DNA of 62,152 bases, the filler included, from Asterionella formosa (taxonomy: Eukaryota), in assembly GCA_002256025.1 (NCBI GenBank). It is 6 parts of 6 records of this genome, joined end to end, with 100 filler letters (N's around TTAATTAATTAA, not from the genome) between each part and the next. Parts side by side here need not be neighbours in the genome. Positions count along the whole stretch, not along the records: positions 31,230 to 41,482 come from NKIB01009706.1; positions 41,583 to 51,821 come from NKIB01009709.1; 4 more parts are not named here. One strand, written 5' to 3'. Of the stretch, positions 35,976 to 48,679 are shown one piece after another. The notes under the pieces were generated by a model. That model searched no databases and was not told where the DNA came from. It was given only the letters and a program-made list of their open reading frames with translations. Position 1 is the stretch's first letter. Every line of letters starts with the position of its first letter. Position numbers and translations under genes: made by a program.

Positions 35976-38900
35976 ATGGTCCGACCATCCATCGCAGACA
36001 ATAGTCGTCGGCTTTCCTTCACGTCGTTCCGTCTTTCTGATATCGACAAGTTTTCCGACCGTGATGTGAAATTGAGTAGCAACTACAACGACGACGAATG
36101 TCCCTCGACAGAGAACACCGCCAACCAGGCACAGGACGAAACGCTGATAATAGCACTGGAAGAAAGCAAGAGACTGAATCAATTGAAGTACTTCATGCTA
36201 CTCATGTTCGTTCTGGTTGGCGTGGGGGCATCCACCGCCACGTTCTTCATTGTCAACGACAACACAAACAACGACGGCAAGGCGAAGTTTCAGGACTCGG
36301 CCCAGACGACTGTTCATGGGTTTCTCACCTCGGCGCAAGCGCTTGTTTGGTCCACCTACACCACGAGTGTTTCGTACACTTCGCACTTTCACGAATCCAA
36401 CTCAAGTGAGTGGCCCTTTGTGACCTTGCCGAACTTCTCGGTGAGAACAATCGGAAGTTTGGCCACCAGCAAGTCCAACTCGATATCCTTCGCGCCTATA
36501 TTGATGACCGAAGAGTTAAGACTGAAATGGGAGCAGTACGCGAGCGCATCACAATACATGTTACATGATTTAGAATCTGCAGTCGTTTTGGCCGAAATCC
36601 ATCTTCATCGCAGCATAATGGAGGTTGGCCCTTATCAATCATCATCACCAGTCGCAGCTACTATACAACTCAATCATCAATACGAAGCTTTAATAGATAC
36701 GAAAAATTCAATCCAGCAACGGCGGAATACCGGTACCACAACCCGAACCATTGAAGAAGGAATTTATCGTTTCTCCTCTGTCGGTACAATCATTTACGAC
36801 CCGGGTCCCGCGCCATATTTTCCAATTTGGCAAACATCACCAGCCTCGCCCTCCGATATTTTGGGCACCATGTATAATCAAGCATCGCACTGGACCCGAA
36901 GAACGGCAATCTTGGAAATGATGGACAGCAAACGAGCCACATTTACGGATGTAGTAATACGCGATGTCGACTATGATCCAAACAAACCTGTAATTCCCAG
37001 GACATTCATCATGTTCCCCGTCTTGACGGACTTTGCCTCAAAAGAGGTGGCTGGAAGCATGACATTGGAGTTTGATTGGAGCCATGTTCTCAGCAAGATT
37101 GTACCAGATCAGAAGAATCGTCGGCCAGTGGTGGCCATTTTGGAAAATACCTGTCAACAAACGTTCACTTTTCGTATCGAAGGTCAAGTCGCAGATTATT
37201 TGGGAGAAGGGGATCGACACGATAGAAGGTATGATGACCAAGTTGTTAGCACAGACTTTGAACAATTTGGAAATCTTACTTCCATTGGATCCTTGGTTAT
37301 GAATGCATCGGATAATGTCAGTGGGTGCTTATACCGAATTCACTTATATCCATCTTCACAAAACGAGCAAGTGTCGAACAGAGCAATGAAGTACTCCCTC
37401 GTTGTGGCTTCCAACTTTCTCTTTGCCATTATTTGCTTTTTAATCTATGATTGCAGAGTCGAGAAGAGGCAAACTCGGATTTTGCAGTCGGCGACACGGA
37501 CATCGGCCATTGTTCATCAACTATTCCCCAAACAAGTCAGAGAACGCATGCTCAGGCGACAAGATGAAGTTGAGCAGCAGAAGCAGCAACGTCAACCAAG
37601 CAAAAGTTCGGAAATTGATCATTCTGGGAGAAGTGGAAAAGTACCAAGACGAAATTATCTCCTTGCGGTACCAATCATTACACCCAAACTGCGACTTAAG
37701 AATTTCTTATCGCACTCTCCAGCATTAGAAGGTGACAAAGCTGATGGAACTACGTCAAAAATGCATGATATATACAATGATATGGAAGGGGAGCCGATTG
37801 CGAATTTTTTCCCCCACACAACAATCATGTTTGCAGATATTGCAGGCTTTACTGCATGGTCTAGTGAGCGTGAACCATCTCAAGTATTTAAATTGTTGGA
37901 GTCGTTGTACAAATCATTTGATGAGGTAGCCAAAAAATTGGGGGTCTTCAAAGTTGAGACTATTGGTGATTGTTGTAAGTGACCATAATTTTAATATGTT
38001 CTTTTTGTCGGTTTGAAAGTATATGAGGTTTGTGGTTGGATAATTTGTCACTAACAGGCAACATCAGACGTGGCAGTCACAGGGCTTCCCGATCCCAACA
38101 AGGACCATGCCGTTGTTATGGCTCGATTTGCGTTTGAGTGTTTATATCATATGCACGAGTTAACCAAGAGGTTAGAAAATGCATTAGGACCAGGAACGAC
38201 TGATTTGGCATTGCGGGTGGGTCTGCATAGTGGGCCTGTGACAGCAGGAGTACTACGAGGTGAAAAGTCAAGATTCCAATTGTTTGGTGATACCATGAAC
38301 ACGGCGGTGAGTGCCGATTTTGTTCTGTTCAATGATTCATGAATTGCGGAATGATGCGTTTAACCATGTATTGTGGCTTTACTATAGGCGCGAATGGAGA
38401 GTACAGGACAGAAGAATCGCATTCACGTCTCGCAAGATACCGCCGATCTCATTATAAGTGCAGGAAAGTTGCATTGGCTGAGACAGCGCGAGGGACTCGT
38501 AACAGCCAAAGGAAAGGGTGAGATGCAAACATTCTGGCTCAAGCCTCGGTCCCACGATTCGGCGGTAGTTGTGCAGCCAAAGCCGAAAGAAAAGCTGGAC
38601 AGGATTTTAAGCATAAGCCTGACTGGCAGGAGGAGGGGGAATCATTTGGAACGTTGGGCAGATCTTTCTTTAGATGATTCCTCTCACCAAGGTGCACCTT
38701 GGGTGTCGACGAAGAAGGCCCGCCTGGTGAACTGGAATGTTGACTTACTTCTAACTCTTTTGACCAAAGTAGTGGCATGGCGGAAGTCCACCAAGAGGCG
38801 ACAGTCCCTTCGAAGCGAGCTGTCTCCTTGTGCCGAAGACGGTGGGAGTTGGATGATTTTGGACGAAGTTACAGAGATTATCGATCTTCCGGGGTTTGAT

Positions 38901-40092
38901 CCGAATGCCACACAGTCAAGTACTGCGGCAGTTGTCTTGGGCGAACGAGTAAAGCGACAATTGAGAGACTATATCACGAGGATAGCAGCAATGTATCATG
39001 ATGTACCCTTTCATAACTTTGAGCACGCCTCGCACGTCACCATGTCAGCGAACAAGTTATTGAAGCGCATACTTTACCCAGATGATTTAGACTACCAGAA
39101 AACAGGAGAAAAGAAAAATGAGCGGGCTCGTGCAATCGCCTTGGATTTGCACTATTCAACCTATGGTATTTCTTCTGATCCATTGACGCAGTTTAGTATT
39201 GTATTTTCGGCCTTGATTCATGACGTGGACCACACTGGTCTCCCAAATGCTCAGCTTGTGAAGGAACGAGCAGAAGTGGCGCTGAAGTATCAAAACAAAA
39301 GTGTTGCTGAGCAGCATTCAGTGGCTATCGCATTGGAAATGTTGGCTGAGCCCAAGTACGACGATCTACGATCATGTATCTATGGAAGCACAGACGAAAA
39401 GAAGAGATTCCGACAGTTGGTAGTCAATGCTGTCATGACGACTGACATTATGGACATGGACCAGCAGTCGATTCGAAAAACTCGGTGGGATCTTGCCTTC
39501 AATGAGGCCTCAGAACTGGCAGGAGGTTCACCGACGGATTATTTGGATATCAATCGAAAGGCAACAAGTGTGATTGAGCACATCATTCAAGCGTCAGATG
39601 TTGCTCATACCATGCAACATTGGCGCATTTACCGTAAATGGAATGAGCGACTTTTTCATGAAATGACTGTAGCGTTCCAGGCAGGTCGGGCAGAAAAGGA
39701 CCCAGCTGAAGGGTGGTACGAAGGCGAAATATGGTTCTTCGATAACGTAAGTGTGCCACTGGTATTTGTTGTTGATATATTTCCATGTTTCTCACTATTA
39801 ATTTCTCCTAAATTCATAGTACATCATTCCGTTGGCAAAGAAGCTGAAGGAATGTGGAGTTTTCGGGGTATCCAGTGATGAGTACCTGACGTATGCACTT
39901 GAAAACAGAAAAGAATGGGAAGTGAAAGGGAGAATCGCTGTGCGAGAAATGATTGAAAATGTTGAGCAGGGTGGCGAATACAATAAGCATCACTCATCCA
40001 TGTTTAGTTTCAGTGATCTCCACAAGCAATCGTCCGGTTTGGTTAGTTGTTTTGATGTCACTGAATCTCCCACGACTCCCAAGATTGTCTGA
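35976..40092 (+). CDS. Membrane-bound bifunctional guanylate/adenylate cyclase-phosphodiesterase (~1289 aa); introns 37975-38067, 38307-38387, 39747-39819
   Basis: Two TM helices around a CHASE-like ectodomain; class III cyclase (FADIAGFT, KVETIGDCY, FGDTMNTAARMES); PDE (HNFEHASHV, IHDVDH, ASDVAH). All three splices are in frame. Confidence 0.93.
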
Positions 40093-40256
40093 TGACTACA
40101 TAGATTTTTTCCCGGGAAGTATCACTAATAATTAATGGTACAGTCTGATACTATTGTTCCTCTGCAGGCTATAAATTAATGAAGCTAGGTCCACGGTTGT
40201 ATCTTAAGAGCGAAGCACGTGTTTGCAGCTTGCCTTTTTTGTTGCTTCCTTGTCTT

Positions 40257-40925
40257 TTACCTGAATCGTCTCAAGCGGTTAGTATTGTCCAACTGAGACG
40301 CCTCCACTTCTGACGATGTTTTCGTCGCCAAGGGCCTACTAATAGTAGAATTTGCTGTGTCTTTTCTCGCCAATTGCAAGCAATTCCCAAATAACGTGAC
40401 AACCAATGGCTGAATCGCCGCCAGTTCCAAGGAGGATATCCCAGTGACATCAATGATTGGCAATGTCGATGTCGTACTTCCCAACTCTTCTGACAGGGCG
40501 TGCAAATTGGTTCTAATCTTGTCCATTCGAACTGTACTTATATCGTTGAGAAGCAATAGAATAGCATCCTTGTCTTCCAAGTCGGTGGTGCTCATTGCTC
40601 GGAACACTTCAAGGTGGTAGTAGGGAAGTTTGGTACTGAATGGATGGAGCGTTTGCTCCTCCACGAGAATTCGTTTCAATGACTCGACGGTCATCCACTG
40701 TGGGGGAACGATGGTACACAAGTTCCTCTCTTGAAGCAACATTCCCATCCACAGGGGGACGGCGACATGTATCCCAGCGGTAAAGGGCCCGACCGATTCC
40801 CGTGACAAGAGCTGTAGTGGCTTTCGCAACGTAAATGTGGGAATCACCACGACAGATTCGTCTCCGGCCAGAAATGAGCTGTTGGCATGGCGCATCAAGT
40901 CGGCAGGAAAGATTTGGGTGGTCAT
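40257..40925 (-). CDS. PSF2: GINS complex subunit Psf2
   Basis: FLAGDESVVVIPTF, GPFTAGIHVAVPLWM, CTIVPPQWM, LPYYHLEV, RMDKIR, SSLEL; first ATG at 40925. Confidence 0.85.
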   Translation of the reverse strand: MTTQIFPADLMRHANSSFLAGDESVVVIPTFTLRKPLQLLSRESVGPFTAGIHVAVPLWMGMLLQERNLCTIVPPQWMTVESLKRILVEEQTLHPFSTKLPYYHLEVFRAMSTTDLEDKDAILLLLNDISTVRMDKIRTNLHALSEELGSTTSTLPIIDVTGISSLELAAIQPLVVTLFGNCLQLARKDTANSTISRPLATKTSSEVEASQLDNTNRLRRFR

Positions 40926-41482
40926 CTCCTTGGAGTGTTGATGAAAAAGGCGACCAGAGACAGTAAAACCCAACACTATAATTGCTTTCGCTTTCTTTCA
41001 ATGTTCGTCTGCAAAAGGCATAATTATTACTCCCAGTACACCACTTATGTATTATACGTATGTACAAATAATATTATTTACATACCGGTATGCTGTATCA
41101 CAAGTTTTAATCCTGTAGTAAAACAGCTAATTATAATATATATATTTATTCACATTTAAAAAGACCGGAATGTCTTTTGTCTTTTGGCGCGCAACAACAA
41201 AAAAAATCGAATCACTCGACTGCTTTCGTTTCTTTTCCTGCACGCCGGCGAACCACCGTTGGTACCGGTAGCTACATAACATATGAGTGTGTCGTCTCAT
41301 AGGCACGTATGTACATATGAACCGGTATGTATATCGTCCATTATTTTCTTTTTAAACAATGGTGTCAATGGTTGCGAACTCCTTTCATATCGCCTGTGCT
41401 ACCGGTATTACCAGGATGTCTGATGTACTGAGTACATGATACAAAGGGTAAGCATAGGAGTATATATGTAGCAATCAACGCT

Positions 41483-41582
41483 NNNNNNNNNNNNNNNNNN
41501 NNNNNNNNNNNNNNNNNNNNNNNNNNTTAATTAATTAANNNNNNNNNNNNNNNNNNNNNNNNNNNNNNNNNNNNNNNNNNNN
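41483..41582. other. Artificial contig spacer
   Basis: Same 100-bp linker. Confidence 0.97.
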
Positions 41583-41803
41583 TCACAAGCGCACGATATC
41601 GCCTGTTTCCTGGATCTGATGTATGGATTAAGAAAGGTAACAGGTTAAGTACTAGAAATTCCAGAAATCTGTTCGAGGTACAAGGTTATTTTATTCTGCT
41701 GACGAAGATGCTTACGATGGTTGGTTCCTCCTCCTCGTCCATACAAGACATCATTTGCATGAGGCGTCTTGATTCCTTGACGCGGCCAACAAAGGGGATT
41801 CAT
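41583..41803 (-). CDS. DUF6824 protein paralogue, 5' part only (cut by contig start); intron 41715-41616
   Basis: MNPLCWPRQGIKTPHANDVLYGRGGGTNH/HPGNRRYRALV; exons are nearly identical to those at 50456-50233. Confidence 0.8.
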
Positions 41804-44538
41804 CTCTTCCCTTGCTGCTTTTTGTTATTGCTGGAAAGGTTCATTATGTTTAGACACACTCTATTCGTTCTGAGATTTGATATTGTGGTCGATTTGATAC
41901 CTTATCGACGTTTCACAATAGTTTATGTTGATCAGATTTGTTGTAGAAATCTCAGGTAGTTTTTCACCCATGCATGAATAATTTGCGGGACAAAAGAAGC
42001 ATTCATGCTGTTTCAATACCGCACTAGTCAGTACCGGGTATAAGACATAAAATTCCATAGGGTTATTATTAATCAGTGCCGGCATGACATATGTAGACAA
42101 ATTCTTGCATACAATTTTTGATCTCAGCCAATTGTCTCGTACACGTCAAAAGGTCAGTATACACAGTACCAAACAGCCGACCAGAATACTGGTTTCCAAA
42201 TCACTCCATACTATTTTTTTAGTTTCTTTTTTACTTAGAAGCTACCATAAATTATTGCTTCACCCTCGGTCCGGAGAAGTTATGTGTTGATCATGCGCAT
42301 TTCGTTCATACCGGTACCAGGGTACTTGCATCCACTGATGTTGATTCATGCAAAAGGCAAGCATTTCGCTCAACTCCCTGATGGTGTGATCGATGCATTT
42401 TTCGCTCAGCTATAAAGAAGTATTTGATACTATCGGTACTAAAACATGCACGTAGCTAGATATAGTAGGCGGGTACTACTTCACCAAATTCAGCCATTGT
42501 GGAATTACTATGTACTATAGAGCACATCATCCTCATAGCAAAATCTATCTGTAGTATAGGTATTCGAAAATGACTCAGGAGAGAAGTTTTGACTCATCAT
42601 GGTCTCGCTTGTGGATTCCATCACAGCTTTCGGACTGCACACTGCTCGGGAGCAAAGAGTACGATTCATTCACTGTTGCTCCTTGTATTTCTTGCACTCC
42701 TGTGAATGTATTGGCTGCATACTTTTGCTTACCCGGTCAGGGTATACCGGTACCAGGGTACCAGGGTACCGTCGGTTATTACTTGTAGCTGCCGAAGTAG
42801 AATATTATAACAGAATTTTAACTCATCATCATGGTGGTGTCAATCATTGGTAGATTACATTTCTATTGCATCTTGCCTAGGAACTTTCCCCTATATTTAT
42901 TTGTGCATGCGCCAACATAGACCTAAGATACATTACCGGTAGACAAGTTTATTCTACTTTTAGTAAGTAGTACCTCTGGTACCAGGTACCTGGTAGAAGT
43001 TACCAGGTAACCAAGAGATAATGAGCAAGAGTTTTAGCTACCGGTAAGGCTGCGGCCCCACAGCTACACATTGCGAGGTCTTTTTCCCCCTAAATATATC
43101 ATTTTTATTTGTTTAAAATGAAACACTATCAATCTGGCACCGATTCCTATTTAATTCAAATATTCAAATCGACACTTGAATCATGGGAATTCATAGAAGC
43201 AAACTCCATGTTCTCTGCCGTTTTTACAACACTAGCAATGTTTTCTTCAAACTAGGGTTAAGCTGGGCATTTCAATCCTAGATTAGAGGTAGGGTTTAAA
43301 AAAAATATTGAGTCAGAGTACTCAAAAACACACTTTGTACAATTAAAATATAAAGCTGTATCGCCAAATGGAGCTTTCACCAATATACACCCTTTCCATA
43401 TACTAAGCAAGATACAGTCTTCTGACAAAGTAGGGGTTTAGCTCAACGCTATAAATCGTCAGGATATAGAAGGATCTGTTGAGAAAGTACAGAAAGTGAA
43501 AATAGTGGATTTTACCAGGCCAACTCGTTTATTTGGCCTAGTTTAAAAACCGAAGTTCCTTTCTGCACTTGCTTGACGAAAATTATCTTCTGGGGCTATA
43601 TGAAGATTACCTATGCACTTAACTCTTCTTCAGATATTTTTGTTAAAAAATATTGGCCTTTTCAACGGTATCCAAAATGTTGGAATTGTAATCACTTATC
43701 GCCAAAACATCATCATCAGAATTGAAGTCTTGTGATTCAATTTTTCATCCCACAATCTTCTGTACAAAAAGCTCCATTGTAAGTGTCCATTTCACTATAA
43801 ATAATATTTTGATTGGTCAAGTTCAAATACTTACCGATATTTGATTGACCCGGTTTGCGAGGTTTTGCAAACCCACACTGGCCACACTGGATGCACATTT
43901 AAAAATTTCTTGTGTGATCGCCAGTACGCCAGTACCTGGTACCATATTCACTATGGGTACCGGTAGATGATTATCATCGGACACATGTGTACCACTCCTA
44001 GAGTGCACCTCAAATATTTGCTGAGCTGCTGGGTCGAATGTGTGGCAAAGGTATACATAGAGACATTTACAATCTCTATCTATTTATTTAGCGAACTCGA
44101 AAAGGAATCTATGCACGTGCTAGCAAATTTCCACTGATTTGAATATTTCAAATGGATTCATGTCATTTAAAAATAACTTATTAAAGTTTTTAGTTCCAGG
44201 GAATATCGGCAACCCTAAGGAATATTTCAATTTTTGCCTCAGTTCTGAAATGCAGGAACCTTAAGCAATGAGTATATCCTAATACTACACCAAGGAGATT
44301 GCCTATGAAAAGTTCGAATTATCAAGTCCATATTCATAATAGCCCATACTCAAGTACCATTAGCCAGAGTTGGCAAAGTTTTCTTCGTTCTGAGTGATTT
44401 TCTAGGTAGAGCTGGAATCATGATGTTGAGATGGGGTTGAGGGAGTTCTATAGTAGCATTTATATAGTTTGCTGGATGATGGGTTCTCTCTGAATTCAAT
44501 AATTCCGTATTCACTTATCCAAAGAAAGTATTCACACA

Positions 44539-45230
44539 GTAATTTAGGACGCCGGTAAACCTTTGAATCGTTTCCTCAGATTTGAAATCCGATAGGGAAA
44601 TCTCACTAAACCTTTGAACGGTTGTTTCATTCGGGACTGTCCTTTCCAGTTGTCCCACCAAGGACCCCCTCCCACTTCCACAGCTGCTTGGGTGCTTTGG
44701 CTTCATGAATAATAGTTCTTCCACGCACATACTGATCACATTCATCATCCCATATCAATTCCCATAGAGATAATGTGGTATTGGTGAAGAGGGAATCTCG
44801 ACAGAAGTATACCATACCATCTTTTTCTGTTGGTGCTCGTAAAAGGACCCCTGGCATGTCACAAGTTGAATAGAGTTGCACTTCAAAGGGTCTTTCTCCT
44901 TTTGTCGATCGTCCTGTCATGTTCCACTGTCCCCATGGTGCAATGTCCCACTCCATTGTCCCAAGCCATGGTGTTGCTTCGTACATGATTCCATCATAGT
45001 GGACTGACACCATACCCAAATCTTCTTTCTGTCCAAAAGGAATTTTGCGAGTTCCACCACCAGCTGTAACAGCCAATGGTTTTTCACCTTTATCTAAATA
45101 ATAATATCCAGCAAAGGAATTGCATTGCGTCCAATACCATTTCAGTGGAAACGCTCCACCCCAGTTCTTTTCCGCATAAAAGGGAGCATCTTGAAATGTA
45201 AATGTAGTATTCTTCCATAGTAGACTTACA
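44539..45230 (-). pseudogene. VTE1: Tocopherol cyclase 3' half, 5'-truncated and frameshifted near 44700
   Basis: YAEKNWGGAFPLKWYWTQCNSF, LAVTAGGG, LRAPT...CRDS; the AAVEVGGGPWW motif continues in another frame. Confidence 0.85.
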
Positions 45231-45240
45231 ACAATACAAT

Positions 45241-46830
45241 GCACCAGAGGCAGTCAAGGCTTGCATCTCCAAAATGATGTATGCGAAAGGTGAACCTGGA
45301 GAGGAGACAATTTCATCAGAAATCACAGTAGAGGAGTTCAAACAAGGGTTTAAAATAGTGTTGAAAAAAACATCTTAGTCCCCTAGTAGCTAGTTGAAGA
45401 CACATAGGGCAGACACTAAAAATCAGCATTACTCAACCCGGATGTCAATACCCTTTTCTTTTGGTGGATTCACTTTGGACCGATGGTTACAGGCCTTGCA
45501 GATAATGTTGATAAAAAACAAAGGGTTCACCCAGAATAGATAAATTGCGGGTGATCCAGCTGGTGATGGAAGCAGACCTGAACATGATGTTCCGAATCAT
45601 TTTGGTTGTCGACTTATACATTGGGTAGAGGACAGAAGGACCATATCGACCTTGCAATTGGGATCGAGACCAAACAAGTCATTGATGGATGCTATATTAA
45701 TGAAGAGATTGACATTTGAAGGAATTAGGATTCGCAAAAAGGTTGCCATAATATTCAACAATGATGGAAAAGCGGCTTTTGACCGGATGGTACCATCAGC
45801 GGGAGGTACAAACACTGTTTTCAGTCATTGGAAAAAATGACATACAGAATTCGAACTTCCTTAGGGATTTCAGAGGAATCTTTTTCAAATGTTCAGAATT
45901 GGGTACTCCGCACTGTTCATGGATCTGGGGCGTCGCCAGCTCTTTAGCTGGCGATCTTTTTGCGTGCTTTTTGGTGCTATATCCGAAAAGTCAAGAGGGA
46001 TAACATTTCGGAAACTTACAGAAACCAGGACACAAAACCGGACAGCCAAAACGTACGTGGACAGATTCACATTGAAGATATTTGGTCGTTCAGGATCCAG
46101 CAACAACACAATAACTGCCTTATGGACCTGTGGACTAACAGCTTAAGGAAATTTTCTCCAAGGAACTCATAAGACTAAATGCATGCCATATGATCATGTG
46201 AAGGCTCACAGTGCTGGTAGTGGACCTGTCAGATGGAACTGGCAAATTCATCACCCAGAACATTCTGAAGGGACATCGCCACAAAGATAGAAAAACTACT
46301 TATTAATGGCCAAAACAACCATGACCCTCCCTGATATCATGGCGTGAATGGCAAAAAACCCTCTTCCTTACCTTGTGTTCACCATCCACCGGTAAATTGA
46401 GGACCCCTCTGGGACCATGGCTCACCACTCTACCCCTCCACCAGCAATGGAAATACTTTGTAGACACAAAACAAAGTTGCTTGATTGAATGTACAATTAG
46501 CGGGATGTTCAAAGTCCATCCACAAGCATATACAACCTGTACTTTCATGACTTCATACAAGATATCATTCCAAAGGCCCAGTTTCTTCTTCCCATTACCA
46601 TCACGGCCAAAAATCGCAACATACTCGAAATATCTGGCATGTCTCAGGCACACCACCCCCCAAAAAGATACCCCTGCACTCCTCATTCATCAAGATGGCT
46701 CGATTGAGAGAGATATCTAATCAATGCACCCCATGCTGAGAAAAACACTGGGAGATTATAGCTTTCAACCAACTTAGCCTTGTTCCGCACTCACTTACTA
46801 CAGGGAAAAGTAACAATGGCGTCAGATGGT
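45241..46830 (+). mobile_element. Degraded non-LTR retrotransposon RT/RNase H fragment (Ambal-like)
   Basis: ITVEEFKQGF...PRIDKLRVIQL..EADLN...QLGSRPNKS...NNDGKAAFDRM...LRTPLGPW...MASDG, with many stops and frameshifts. Confidence 0.8.
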
Positions 46831-46879
46831 TTCCCTTCTAGATCCACTCCAGGCCACAAACGGCTGGAAACTACATTAC

Positions 46880-47020
46880 TTTGCCAAAGATGACTCCTTA
46901 TGATAAGCACATTGCTATAGCATATCATTGATTTTGTGAATATGTCCTTTCTGGAGTTCTTCACATTTTCAAGGTGGATACTGCAGCCAACCTGCCTGAT
47001 ATCTTTACAAAGGCTCTTAT
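46880..47020 (+). mobile_element. Ty1/Copia RNase H C-terminal relic
   Basis: KHIAI.YH*FCEYVLSGVLHIFKVDTAANLPDIFTKAL matches the Copia KHI...ADIFTK motif. Confidence 0.75.
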
Positions 47021-47348
47021 CTTGTTTGTGTCTCCAAATTAGCGCAGTCATGATATTTACTAATATATTAATAAATAAACTTTTTGAGTCTTGTCATAAA
47101 AATGAATCGATTTATTCAAATATGACATATTTTTGTTTGTTTGGTTTGCTAAAAGTTAATTGTATAAGCTCACTTTATTTGAAATACCAATACAGTTGGA
47201 TCTATCCAACAACAGCCATTCTCCTAAGTTCACCGTGATCCTTCCATCCACTGCCTAGATCTTACGTTGCTGAGATATATATACTATTTTTCAATAAGTC
47301 GAATTCCTTTCAGGTTAATCTACGACTTCTCTCTAAATTATTTTCAGG

Positions 47349-48016
47349 AGATTGATTGTATGGCCACTCAGAATCATTTGCATCCTTCCCAGTAATCTGA
47401 GCATGAACTTACCGACACTAAAGGCCAAGTAAATCTTTTATTTTTCATCCATTATTCAAGAATAAATTGGTCGTGTAATTCGAGATATTATGCATGCTTT
47501 TCGTTACAATATTTAAGCTACCTACCGCCTGCAAGAAATCATAACATCTGAAAGCGCAAATTTGATGGTCCATGACAACAATGACTTTCAATTTTTCCAG
47601 CTAGAGAAACTTCCAAAGCTTACTATTCTTTGGTGCTATCCAAGGAGAGAATCATCTAATCTAATTGAGCCAGATCCGGAGAGAATGATCTAATCTAATT
47701 GAGCCAGATCCTGGGGTTTCTTCGCTCAGTACTAAATCCAATTGGGTCGATCTTTTGTTGAGTTGATGTTCAATAATTCAGTTCACAGAAACCTACTAGT
47801 TTGCTGTGCTGTAAAGAAAATTTTAGAGTTTTGCTCAATTTCTTCTTTATTTTATATTGAGCCACATAGCACTCCAAAAATTACTATTTGCAAGTGTCAC
47901 CATTCCTGATCAGCATGTTCAAGAGATTGATTGTATGGCCACGCAGAATCATTTGCTTCATTTCCAAAAAGCTGAGCATCAAGTTACCAAAGCGAAAGGC
48001 CAAGTACATCTTTTAT
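47349..48016. repeat. Diverged ~90-bp direct repeat (47349-47440 / 47923-48016) plus a ~33-bp tandem duplication (47645-47711)
   Basis: agattgattgtatggccac..agaatcatttgc...aaaggccaagta occurs twice; gagagaat(c/g)atctaatctaattgagccagatcc occurs twice. Confidence 0.8.
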
Positions 48017-48679
48017 CTTCCTTCCATTATGCAAGTATAGCTTCGTGCTGTTGGATGGTTCTGCAGACCAGCTGAAGCTTTCTTGAGCAACATAGGCGCC
48101 ACCTCTTCATAGACTGCCTTTCACGAAATGACAAACATATATGTTCGACAAAAAAGGATTTGATTCCACCAACCAAGTCTCTCAAATTTCCCAAAAATGT
48201 TGATGCATCAACACATGACGCTCCTCCAAATTGAAATGGCGACAGTTAATAAATTGTGAGACCTTTTCGCTTAAAAATATTGTTAAGGTGCCTTCCATTA
48301 CCCATTCTATTCAAAATGAAACCTTTATAGTTGTTTCTACATGCCAATGCAGTCGAAGGGAAAATTATCAAGTGCATGAATTTGGATGTAAATATCTCAC
48401 AATAAATGCACAAGAGTAGGCATGATGTTGGACAAGAGGAACTGTTATAAATTAAAATATTGAGTTAATATTTGATGTAAGATAAAAAATCTAAAATATC
48501 TCGATTGCCATAGCACAACGTCGTTATTATGCATCAAATCATATAATTTTTATTGTTAGAGCGCGTCCAGTAATTAAAAACTTAGACAATGCAACAATAC
48601 ATCTATGCAAGTGGCGGAACACTGAGTACCCTTGATATGGCATTCAAGGCGACATGTACTTATCTGATTACCGGTAACA

